The position numbers and the translations under genes are program-made. Shown in pieces: positions 24,990 to 35,900 of a stretch of DNA of 64,000 nucleotides (within the stretch, counting starts at the first letter, position 1; each line of letters starts with the position of its first letter). The stretch is from the NCBI GenBank assembly GCA_039621445.1, contig CP154954.1:8310634-8374633 (forward strand), read 5' to 3'. Origin of the DNA: Euglena gracilis (taxonomy: Eukaryota). The notes beneath the pieces are model-generated. The model searched no databases, had not been told where the DNA came from, and saw only the letters and a program-made list of their open reading frames with translations.

Positions 24990-25930
24990 GTGCACTGAAA
25001 TTAAGGGGGCCAGGGCATTTTCTAAGGCACCTTGGGCACCAAGTCTTTGATAATGGGCTGTAAAAGCCTCCACCCCCCTCCACTAGCCAATTTCGCAAAC
25101 TTCTTGGGCTGAAAGGCCCAATTTTTTGAGTAAACCAACCCCTGCTCCTCTGGTGGAGTGGGCCCCCCACACCTGGGGGGTCACCCCATGCTTGGCCAAA
25201 AAATCTTTTGTGATAGAAGCAATGGTGTCTGCACTTATGGCCCTGAAGGGGGTTTTAATGAAATCAGGAGGGGGCCCCCCGGTCTGACGAATGAACGTGT
25301 GGCAGCCACATAACACATCATTAAATGAAATGGGCTTATTTGGGGACACTGGGGTATGGACACAACCCTTTCCCACTTATGGAATTTCTGTCCTTTACGC
25401 TTAATTTTGATGTAGGGTGCCCTACCCAACACACTGGTGGTTCGTTTGACTTGTGATAAGTCTGAGGATCGGTATAAACAGAGGATTCGTGAGCAAAAAA
25501 TCAGTTGTGTACGCAATGTACAAATATCAGTGGGCATAGGCGCCTTTGCCAGCCCCAGGAGGATTGGGAGGGGGTCCCAAAATGCACCATACTTCTCCAG
25601 GTTTTGGTTCCAAAGCCTCTTGTAGGGGGTTAACAGGGTGTGGAATCTCAGCCCACCAAACCCAGGAATCAAAAGCATTGCACTATATGCATTACGGGCT
25701 TGGGCCTTGGAAAATTGAAATAATTGAATTAAAGCGTCAGCCACCTGGTCTGTGGTGGCTTCAGGGGGGGGCACCCCCATTTTCTCCAAAATAACCCACA
25801 GAAGTGAAAAGGCACTTTGATAACGCCTTAAGCTTGGATTTCTCACCAGGAAATCGTTAATGGTTGCAATTTGTACTTGCTTCCCCTCCAAAATTTTCCT
25901 GAGCAAATCATGCAAAACAGGGGCCATCTG
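24990..25930 (-). pseudogene. DIRS tyrosine recombinase (frameshifted)
   Basis: LYRSSDL in the C-terminal part of ORF 25235..27712, GAHSTRGAG in 25083..25376, and AHY near 25050, in different frames. Confidence 0.85.
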
Positions 25931-27771
25931 GGGGGTGGCATTTGCTCCCCCCTGCAGTTGCTGAACATGCCCTTGTAGGGGGTGATTTTCAGGCAGGGGG
26001 TCCCTGGAACTTTCATTTTTATTAATTGGGGCCACCATGTGGCTGAATCCCAGTAGGGGGTGACCATCAAAACTTTGGTCTGGGGAAACATTTTCAACCT
26101 GGGAAGAAATTGTTGAATTATTGACCAGGGGGGGTTTGCATAAAGATCCCCCATGTTGTCCAGTGGACATTGTAATGCATTTACTGCTGTGGCTTCCCAA
26201 TGTGGCCACCTGGCCACAAAACTGGGCAGTTTTTTGTTGCCTGGGGAGGCAAATAAATCTGTTTCCAGATTTATAAAATCTTTGAATTGCTGTCTGAGCC
26301 ATTGAAAAAGTTGGGGGTCTAAAGAATAATCCCCCCTGTATATTTCCCATCTGCTGATGGGGTCTGCCAGGCCTTCTTTTGAAGGCACCCAGTTGACTTG
26401 GAGGTTTACTTGTTTTTCCATGCACCATTTGAAAAATGGTCTCAGCATTTTGTTGAAGGGGTCCTTTCTGCCCCCACCTTTTGTTAGGTAAAAGTAAATT
26501 ACCTGGTTGTCCACAGACAAAGAAACGGTTTCTCCAGGTTTGCTCAAACTTTTCACAGTGTTGATTGCTGCACTGAGCTCCTTTACGTTGATGTGCAAAA
26601 TGGAGTCCTTTCTCCAAAATTCCTGCACAATTTCTCCTGTGTGGATGTCTAGCCCCCCCCAGGCATGGGTGCTGCTGTCTGAGTGCAATACTCTGGTTGC
26701 ATTGTGGGGGAAGGGTCTGCCCCCCCAGGTGTCCAGCAGAATTTTTATTTCCCTTAATTGGGCCTTGATTTCCTGGGAAATGGGGTGTTTCGAGTCCCAG
26801 GGGGCTGTGGACTTTGCCACCAAAAATTTTGCCAGGGCATCCGTAAAAGCCCTTAAAAAGGGCAGGGCCATTAGGTTGCATCTTATTTGGCCCAAAATGG
26901 CAGCCAATTGCCTTTTTGACATGTAATCTTTTTTCACAATTTTTCCCAGCTCCTTTTTTATGGTTTTGATTTTCTGGGGGGGCACCTGCAACTTTCCCTC
27001 CTGGAAGTTCAATTGAAAACCCAGATGGGTTACCACTTGGGTGGGCTGGAGGGTGGACTTTTTCACATTGATTTTGAATCCAGAATCCAGCAAATCGTTG
27101 ACAACTGTTTTCAGGTGATTTTGTAAAATGTTCTGGGTGGGGGCCACCAGCAAAATGTCGTCCAGGTAAATAAACACCTGGATGCCCCTTTTTCTCCACA
27201 GTTTTTCGAAGGTTTTCATCACTGACATGAAAATTTGGGGCATTACATTTAGCCCAAAGCAGCCTGTTTGAAATTCCCAGGTCTGCCCCCCTATCTGATG
27301 CCTTAAAAAGGGCCTTAGGCCTGGACTTACTGGAATATGAAAATAGGCATCTTTCAGGTCTATTTTTGCTGCCCAGTGGCCTTTTTCCAAAACTGGAAAA
27401 ATGTGCTGGACATGATCCAGCTTGAATGGTTTTACTTGAAACTGCTGATATATTTCTCTGCAGTCGCTGATCATTCTCCATTTGGTTGTTCCCCCTTCTG
27501 GTTTTGAAATTAAAAACCATGGGATCAAATGTTGGGTTTCTGAATCCCAAACTCGTTTCACTGATCCAGTTTTTTCGTAATCCTGCAGAATTTTTTCTGC
27601 CTGGTTCAGGTCTAGGTTGGCTCTGGGTTTTGGGTGGGTGGACAATTTTGGGGGATTCACCCATGGGGGTTGAATTCCCTTTTTTATCAATTGACATGTT
27701 GCTGGGGGGCATTTTTTGTCCACCATTTTAGACTTTTTTGAAGTCTGTGGTACAGGGGGGTGTCTCCCCAT
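25843..27771 (-). CDS. DIRS pol: reverse transcriptase, RNase H and N6-adenine DNA methyltransferase domain
   Basis: Uninterrupted 642 aa: KIDLKDAYFH, CFGL, YLDD (RT); SDSS..WG, HINVKEL, VDN, ADPISR (RH); DLFAS..N and YANPPW (DAM-like). Confidence 0.93.
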   Translation of the reverse strand: MGRHPPVPQTSKKSKMVDKKCPPATCQLIKKGIQPPWVNPPKLSTHPKPRANLDLNQAEKILQDYEKTGSVKRVWDSETQHLIPWFLISKPEGGTTKWRMISDCREIYQQFQVKPFKLDHVQHIFPVLEKGHWAAKIDLKDAYFHIPVSPGLRPFLRHQIGGQTWEFQTGCFGLNVMPQIFMSVMKTFEKLWRKRGIQVFIYLDDILLVAPTQNILQNHLKTVVNDLLDSGFKINVKKSTLQPTQVVTHLGFQLNFQEGKLQVPPQKIKTIKKELGKIVKKDYMSKRQLAAILGQIRCNLMALPFLRAFTDALAKFLVAKSTAPWDSKHPISQEIKAQLREIKILLDTWGGRPFPHNATRVLHSDSSTHAWGGLDIHTGEIVQEFWRKDSILHINVKELSAAINTVKSLSKPGETVSLSVDNQVIYFYLTKGGGRKDPFNKMLRPFFKWCMEKQVNLQVNWVPSKEGLADPISRWEIYRGDYSLDPQLFQWLRQQFKDFINLETDLFASPGNKKLPSFVARWPHWEATAVNALQCPLDNMGDLYANPPWSIIQQFLPRLKMFPQTKVLMVTPYWDSATWWPQLIKMKVPGTPCLKITPYKGMFSNCRGEQMPPPRWPLFCMICSGKFWRGSKYKLQPLTISW

Positions 27772-28975
27772 TTTTCCTCCATGGAATTTATTTCCAAATT
27801 AGATGATTTTCTGGGAGTTGGGTGGGGGGTGTTGGACATTGCACCCCTGGTGCCCCTGGGGAATGAGCTTTCTCTAAAGGTGGCTGGGGGGGTGTGCATG
27901 CTCTGCTCACAGTCTCTCTGATTCTCCACTTTGTCATTGGTGTTGTCGATTGACATACCATAGGGGCCCCTTTTTGGGTCTCCCCCTTGTTTTGGTTTGC
28001 CCCTGCCATGGGCACTGACAAAGAATGTTGAGGGGGGGTTGCCCCCTTGTCCTCCACTGCCCCTGTGGGGGCATCCTCCTGGGGCTGCCACCGTACATTT
28101 AAACCCCCTGCTGGGGGACAGCTTTTTAGCTTCTGGGGGTTTCCCCCTTCTGATAATTGATGGCCCCATTGGCCTTGAAATTGTTGATGATGGAGTTGAT
28201 AATTCTGGCCCCACTGGCCCTCTTGTTGTTTGGATAGTCCCCATTGACTTCTCTTTGATCTTGGGCGCCATGCCCATTGATAATCTTGGGGGGCCTCTGG
28301 GGGCCAACCCTTTTCCCCTGATGGGGTTTGAGATGATGAATTGGGTGGGGGGGTGTTGTGGACCTGTCCTGCCCCTGCCACTGGGCATCTGTTTGTGGAA
28401 TCGGCCACCATGGCCTTGGTAATGTTGGCCACCCTGGCCTTGATATTGCTGGCCGCCCTGGCCTTTGTCCCATTGGCCACCATGGCCTTTGCTGTTGTGG
28501 CCGCCATGGCCCAGCTTGCTGTTTTGGCCGCCATGGCCCAGCTTGAACAATGTATTGGTGTAACTGGGATATGGGCCTCCATGGCCCTTGCCGTTATGGC
28601 ATGACAGTTGCCTTGGCCTTGGTGTCCGTCGGGTTTTTCTGACCACTGTCTGCCAAAGTCTGTGGCTGTCACTGGGTGGGTTTTTAGAAACTTTTTCTGG
28701 GGGGGAAGGGACAGCCACGGTTCGCCACGGTTGCACTGCGCCGTCAGGTCGTCCAGCTGTGGCTGCAGGAAGTTCTTCTTGTTCAGCAACGGTCTTCTTT
28801 GTGTTGTCAATTGCATTTCTCATTGAAATCTTGTTGTGTCAACAAAATTGGATTTGATATTCTCCACGAGTGTCACTTTCTGGATAATTCGATTGATTCA
28901 ACTCTTTGATATTCAACTGTCAAGCTTCTTGAATTGAAGTTCCTTTCTTCTGGGTTGTCGAAGGGCAAATTAAGA
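27690..28975 (-). pseudogene. DIRS gag-like ORF1 (disrupted)
   Basis: Lies between the 5' ITR and pol; homologous to the + strand copy at 30095-31320 (FPFDPEERSFN / LPFDNPEERNFN). Confidence 0.6.
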
Positions 28976-29164
28976 ATCAGCCAACTCCGGCGAAAAAAGG
29001 CACTAAGCAGAGACTCCTAACCCAACGCGTCACAATCCACACAACACCGCCGGCGAGCAAGGCATGACCTAACAAGGGCAAAGTGCGGAGCCCGAGGTGT
29101 CCCTCGGTGTCCCCTCCTCCCTTCCTGGTCTGCCTCGAGGGACCTCGGCGAACAAGGCATGGCC

Positions 29165-29500
29165 TCACAATGGCAAAGTGCGGAGCCCGAGGTGTCTCCG
29201 CCACCTCGGGCGCCGCTTCCAAGAGGCTCTGTAGGGGGCAAAATCGGCCTTCAGTAAGTCCACGCCGCTGATCTGGAACAGCCGCTTTGATGCTTTTCCT
29301 GTCGACAAACCTGCTCCAGTAAACTTCAATCCAGCGTGCAAGATGGCGATGACGACGTTCTTCTCCAGGTCGTGTAGCATCCTTAGTTGCTCCAAGTTGA
29401 AAATGAACTCGGTCCACGATTGTTCGAAGAGCGGTCCTTCCTCGGTGAGCTGGGCAATGTGATTATTCTCCACGTCCATCTTGCATTGGATTGATTGCAA
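29165..29500 (-). CDS. Unknown ORF fragment, probably from a further truncated element
   Basis: Non-repetitive, protein-like 111-aa ORF between the two DIRS copies; no motif recognised. Confidence 0.25.
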   Translation of the reverse strand: MQSIQCKMDVENNHIAQLTEEGPLFEQSWTEFIFNLEQLRMLHDLEKNVVIAILHAGLKFTGAGLSTGKASKRLFQISGVDLLKADFAPYRASWKRRPRWRRHLGLRTLPL

Positions 29501-29966
29501 TCTTCACCAATTATGGATCTTGTTGGTACTTGTTGATCTTGCTTGCTTTGTTGTGCGATAGCTTGTGATAGCTTTCATTTATAGCAGGGCTACGTCAGCC
29601 AACTGCTGGCGCGAAAAGCGGTAAGGAGAAGACGCAAGGCAAGAAAAACAAAGCACAATAGCCGGCGAGGGAAAGGCAGGTCCCATCGAGCCAAAGTGTG
29701 GAGCAAGGGTGGTCCGCCCACCCTTGTCACGGAAAGCCTGCGGGCCCTTTTTTATTTTAAAAAACCACCAGCCTTCTTGGGCTTTTCCGGCTGGCCCCGT
29801 CCTCTTTTGGCCGCCATCGCGTCCGTCCTGGGTGGGCTCCCCGCCAAAGCAAATTCAAGGTCAGCCCCGAAAAGCCCGGCTTTGTCGAAGATTTTTCCGT
29901 GCGAACGCAGTCGCAGGTACTCTTTTTTCTGGAAAGCGAGGGGTAGCGCCGAAAACCACCTCGGGC

Positions 29967-31321
29967 CACCTCGGGCTCCGCACTTTGCCCTTGTGAGGCC
30001 ATGCCTTGTTCGCCGGCGGTGTTGTTTGGATCGTTCGTTGTGCGTTGGGTTAGGAGTCCCGCTTAGTGTCTTTTTTCGTCGGAGCTCGCTTATTATTAAT
30101 TTTCCCTTCGACCCAGAAGAAAGGAGCTTCAATACAAGAACCCTGACAATTGGATATCAAAGGATAGGTCAACTAAATTATCCGGAAAGCGACCCTCGTG
30201 CAGAATATAAAATCAAATTTTGTCGACAAATTAAAGATTTAAATGAAATATGGAATTCCAAAGACAAAGAAGAGCACCTGTGGACTACAAGAACTGGCTG
30301 CCGCTGCAGCTGGACGACCTGACAGTGTGGTGCAGTCGTGGAGAATCGTGGCTGTCCCTCCCCTCCCAGAAAAAAATTCTGATCACCCACCCAGCGACAG
30401 CCACGGACTGTGGCAGACAGTGGTCAGAAAACCCCGAAGGACACAAAAGGAAAGACAACTGTCAGGCCACTGCGGCCAAGGCCATGGAGGCCTATATCCC
30501 AGTCACACAACTACATCGTTCAAGCTGGGCCATGGAGGCCACAAAAGCAATGACCACATGGAACAAAGGCCAGGGTGGCCAACAGTATCAAACCCACGGA
30601 GGCCGACTCCACAAGCAGATGCCCAGTGGCAGGGGCAGGACAGGTCCGGAACACCCCCCAACCAGTTCTTCATCACAACCCCTTTCAGGGGCAAAGAAGT
30701 GGCCCCCAGAGGCCCCACAAGATTTTCAATGGGAATGGCGTCGCAGAACAAAGAAAAGTCAATGGTGACTTTCAAAGTTTCAAGAGAATTATTCTCATCC
30801 AGGCCCCCGGACCCCTCATCATGCTCAAGTCCAACAGTTTCCTCAAACCCCTTCAGGGGTAAATGAGTGGCCCCCAGAGGCCCCCCAAGATCTTCATTGG
30901 GCATGGCGTCCCAGAACAAAGACAAGTCCATGGGGTTTGTCAAAATTTCAAAAGGCGGGTGGACTCAACACCAAGAGTGCCAGTGGGGCCAGGATTTTTG
31001 TCAAGGCCACTGGGGCCAGCATTATTCTCATCAACCTGGCCAAGACCAACAATTTCAAGGCCATTGGGGCCATCAATTATCAAAAGGGGGAAACCCCCAG
31101 AAGCTAAAAGGCTGTTCCGGCAAAATGGGAATTCAATATACTGTGGCAGGCCTGGGAGGAAGCCCCAAGAGGGGCAGTGGATGACAAGTTCTTCAACGCC
31201 CATGGCAGGGGCAAACCAAAGCAAGGGGGAGACCCTCAAAGTGGCCTCTACGGAATGTCAATTGACAACCCCAACGACAAAGTGGAGGATCAAAGAGCCT
31301 GTGAGCAGAGCATTCACCCCC
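29967..31321 (+). mobile_element. DIRS copy 2, 5' part (ITR and gag-like), head-to-head with copy 1
   Basis: Starts CACCTCGGGCTCCGCACTTTGCC; colinear with the reverse complement of 29100-27895; breaks at 31321. Confidence 0.85.
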
Positions 31322-32481
31322 TGTAACGGGGTCCTAACCCAAAAATTGGCCAAAATTTGCCTTAGTGGGGCTGAAAATCGCTGAAATTCCATTTTTTTGG
31401 TTTTCAGTCGAATTTAACCTAGAGAAAACATTATTATGGTTCGGCTTGAAGGCCTGAACTCAATTTTTGACCTTGCAGGGCCGATTCTTGGAAGTTTTCA
31501 AGACCGGCTGACCAATTTTCCACAGTAGTTTTTTCCATTTTTCCTAATTAACCTAAGAAAGTCCCCACTCGAACCCACCAATTTCAAACTCAATCTCACA
31601 CACAGGGGTTTTTGCCCACACCATGCACTGGTACAAAATACAAAAAAACAATTGTTTTTGTATGCAAGAACCATATTTGATAAAAAAAATGTATTTCAAA
31701 ATTTAATTGAAAAGGCTCAAGAGCAAAAAGGAAATATTTGAATATTTTGATTTCGAATCCCAGCGGCTGCCTCGGAAAACAGCCAAGGCCGAAGGATCCT
31801 CAAAAACTTCGAACCAAGGTCGGGGTTTCATGGAGTTCCTACCCGAGTCCTCAGGCCAAAGCGAGGCTCGCCCGGCAGCTGAAGCGGAAGCAAGACAAGG
31901 AAGAAAGACAAGAAGAAAGATTGAAGCAGAAGTTACAACAAAGACATCGTTGAAGCCGCGCGGTATAGAAGCTGGTGGACCTCAACAGGCGGACACATAC
32001 AACACATGACAATGGTGTGCCACATACAACCACCAACCACAGCCATAAGGCTTCTAAACAGCCCGAAGAATTGTAGACATTCAGAAGTGTCAGGTGGGAG
32101 AATTTCAGTGCCACAATGCATTCCATTTGCAGATTTTCCAGAAAGATTTTCCTACCACATTTACTTGTCGCGTGACCACAGTTTTTCCAGAAAAGTCAAT
32201 TCCCAGCAGATTTTCATGGGTTGCCACATGATTTTCAGCCCCGAGAAGGTTTTTCACAATCAACTTGGCCAATTTCAGCACAAATGACGATGGGGACACA
32301 GAATTTTCTGGAATTTCATCAAGACGGCCACAGTTTTTGCCAACGGCATGCATTTTCAGAAATATTTATTGTGGGGGGCAGGGTCCCATTTACAAAGTGG
32401 CACGTATTTTCTCCCACAAAAAAACCCAGGTGTTGTCTCACCCAAGGATCTTTCAGTTTTCAAGTGAAAAAAGTGAACTTT
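31322..32481 (-). mobile_element. Highly decayed element fragment (possibly DIRS-like RT), left part of the sequence interrupted by element A
   Basis: Contiguous with 54012-55977 across A's TSD; only weak RT-like remnants (GRLDEI, NLLGIDF). Confidence 0.35.
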
Positions 32482-32912
32482 AGTGTACGTCCCACCCCGG
32501 CTTTTCTACTTATGCTTTCGTCCCGGAAAGCCCGTGGGGGGAGTAACGATAAAATTTGCTTCCCTTTTCCCCTTTTGAATGCAAAGCACACAAGCAGAAA
32601 ATTTGGTGGGACCGCAGTCCCTTAGATGAAAGTGACTTTTGCTCTTTCGAGGTTTGTAAAAGAAAGAAAAAAACTTGTATTCAAATGGGACTTCGTCCTC
32701 AGAATTCTAAAACAGAATTGCAAAGCACCAAACCCAATAACCTTGAATTAGGAACCAGTTACTTTCGCTAAGCTTTCGCTAGCTCTGAGATTCTCTCTTT
32801 GTCTTATGGTTTAACCATGCCACTGTGTACAGCCCGGCCGTAGCCAGCTTGTAGGCCGTAGCCCATTGTATCTGGTACACAGTGCCATGGCAGAATGGCC
32901 GCCTGGTACACA
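32482..32912 (-). repeat. 3' LTR of element A
   Basis: Direct repeat of 53582-54011; PPT GAGGGGGA immediately adjacent (32913-32920). Confidence 0.93.
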
Positions 32913-32999
32913 TCCCCCTCACAGGGCTCTGCCCGATTTCTCTTCTGGACCAGGCCAGTCGGGATGCCAGGCACAGTCCCAGGTTCAGGGAGACAGCAC

Positions 33000-35900
33000 C
33001 AGGATACCATGGTCTGGTTCCCAATTACGGTTACCGTGTTTGGAGCACGAAGCACAAAAGAATTCTGGCGCGCATGCTGTGCTTCGTGCGTCTTCTTACT
33101 TGACACCGTAGTGTCTTTGTGGTCTTGAATTTTCGCGATTAACGTGATATCCACCGAACTTAAGGTGATTCCGCCATTGTGTCTTGAAACGGTGTTGAAC
33201 ACGATGATGAAGTGCGTATTCACGCTCGAGACTTCGCTCAATATGCGGGACTACACCCATTTCAGCCGTAACTGATTGTACGATATAGGAAACCCTCAAC
33301 GTTTGCGGGTTTCCTTGAAATAATCACCCATATGTGGGTCTTGTACCAAGGTCATTTCAGTTGGACGTAAGTCTAGGATATCCTTGTCAGGATCATCCAT
33401 GTTGATCCGTGGGATAACCCAACTTTTGACTTCTTGTATTTCCTTGGGCAGTTTCAGCTCTCGGAAAAACTCTCGGAAAAGTTGCAGGCCATATGTAATA
33501 GTTCCATCTTGGATGGTTTGCTGGTACCTGTGGTGGCATCCCAGGCAGAGCGTTGAAATCAACGTTGTGCGCTCGGGATGCACAGGCACAGCGGGTTATG
33601 TGTGGTTTCAGAATGGTGCCAACCCATTCTGAGTAATGTTCGTAACCATGTCGTTCAGGTGGATAGTCAGGCAATAACCATCGTTGTGTGGTTTCCGAAA
33701 CCGTTGAAGGCTTTGTAAAGAGTGGGTAAATGACTCGTTTCCAGTCGTCATCATTGAAGAGTAAGGGCAATCGCGCTTTTGTACATTCCACAGCAAGTCT
33801 GATTCCGCCGGAATCAGTTTGGAAGTCAAAGGCGATTCCGCCGCGGTCAAAAGCCTCAGCTTTCTTGAAACTTTTGTGTTGGTACATTTGTCGTTTTGTT
33901 TTGTAGAAATTGAGGAAATCTTCCAGAACGTCCTCGCTTCCGGGTACGATCGATCTTGAGATTTCCGCCGTCTGCGGGCAAATATATGTCTGCCCGTAGG
34001 CAGTTGACACAGAAAACTGGTACGTCACGGTCTCTGTCCTCTTCCGACCACCGGGAGTTGTTCAGTTTTCTCCAGACAAGGATGCAATCACCACAAATCA
34101 AAGCGGCTGTTTTTGGAACGAATTCATTGTGATGGAAATTTTTCTGTTTGTTGTCAGCATAACAGACATGCACAGCCGGCATGCTGTTACGAATGTTGTG
34201 ACAGACCGTACAGAGCCAGGTTGTTTGGCCATTCGGCCTATTGTCAAACAAGAAGGTTTCCCCAAGGTATTCGGCAAACACTCTTGGTGATCTCGCATTG
34301 TAGAATCGCCAAATATGGCGAACATAATAATTGTACTTTTGTTCGTTGAAAAACAATGGTTCAATCCACTTGTTCAACAACATTCCGCGTTCGCGAACTG
34401 ATTTTATCATGGCAATGCGTTCTTCGACGCTCGGCAGGTTGGAAATAATGTCCTCTTGCCAAAGAGTGGCATTATCGTCAACGGGCATGTTTTCCTCTTG
34501 CGAGGTCTCAGACATTGTATCTTGTCGAGTTCTACCTCGGAGGGTAGAAGTGACCCGGCTTTTCCTGGCCACTTCGGTATATGTTGGTGCTGGTGTGGTA
34601 GCAGCTCGGGTCTTCGCCCGCTTTCCTGATTTGCTACCACTCCCAGGTGGAGGTGGTTTTGGTTCGTTGTGTCGTTCAGCAGGTTTGAACGGTTCTGCAG
34701 GCTGTGGTTTAGCCTTAGGTTTACAGCCTTTCTCTTTCCGCTGTGGCGGAAGGGGGCGTTCTGCAGGCGACTTTGGAGCAGGTTTGACCGTTGATGTGGT
34801 GGTAGGTGGTACGTCAGAAGCCGTCGGTACCACCTGTTCAGGTGTGTGTACCACTACGGGTGTTGTGTCATGTGGTGGCGTTTGTTCGACCGTAGTCGAT
34901 TCAGTTGTTGTCACCACTTCCAGTGTTTGGACATCAGGAGTAGAGCTGGCCGCGTCTGCTGCCAGTGCTGTGGTGGGAGCTGTAGCTTCTTGTGTTGGTT
35001 TCTCGCCAATTCCCGTGTCACCTCGATCGCACCATTGCAACCATCGAGGCTACGCCACTTCGGACGCTTCCGAGGACGCGTTCTGCAGCGCGTCCAACTT
35101 GTGGTGGTATGAGTATAAAGTCGTCTGGGTCTTGGTATCTGTCGATACCTTCTCGTTGTTGTCTTGTGATCAGTTCGCGAAATGCGATTATCTCAGCATC
35201 AGTTACTTCGTGTCCAGCTTCCGCATGTGCGGGAGTAGGTGGAACCACTTCCGTCGAAGGCGCTGCGGCCGTTGTGGAGTCTACAGGCACTTCGGCCATT
35301 GTAAATTCTGCAGGCGCGTCAGGTTCCGCGTCTGGCAATGGTGTTTGTGGTCGTGTTTGAGCAGTCGTTGTAGCTGGCACTTCGGCCCTTAGAGCGTGTT
35401 GTACGCCGGCGTTGTCGGGTTCAGACTCGACAGATGCGGAGGAGACGGAGCGTGTACTGTGTTCATTGTCTGTCCCTTCTTCCATTTCCTCATCGCTGGA
35501 TGACCCAGAAGAGGAAACAGACGAAGAGTCTGAAGAGTGTACGGGAGTGTGTTCCACAGATATGGTAGGTGTAGTTGGAGGTTGTGGCAAACCTTCTTCC
35601 GAACGTTTGGTTGCAGGCTTCGCTGCTGCTTTGGCTGTTGAAGTTGTAGATGTTGCAGCCGTTGGAGGTTGTTCAACTGCAGACTGCGCTGCTTCGGACT
35701 CCGCCGGCTGAGGTTCAGGGAGTTTTATACGTGGTCGCAGACGGAAGTTTTGCCATCCGACAAATTTGTTTCCTCCCGATCCGCGAGGAAGCCAGTCCAG
35801 TATTGGGATGTCCACCCATCCTTATTTGTACGTTTGCCCTTGAAAAATGGGGCAAAGTCCTCTTTTCGGAGGGTTTCGCCAAACAGGCGTTTGATGTACT

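Larger units (their letters stand above)
24586..29101 (-). mobile_element. DIRS1-type tyrosine-recombinase retrotransposon (copy 1)
   Basis: Inverted terminal repeats at 28999-29101 and 24586-24726; ICR at 24879-24984; gag-like, RT/RH/MT and YR ORFs; no TSD. Confidence 0.92.

Noticed and set aside
31322-31700. TGTAAC start as another LTR
   Set aside because: No second copy, PBS or PPT found in the window.
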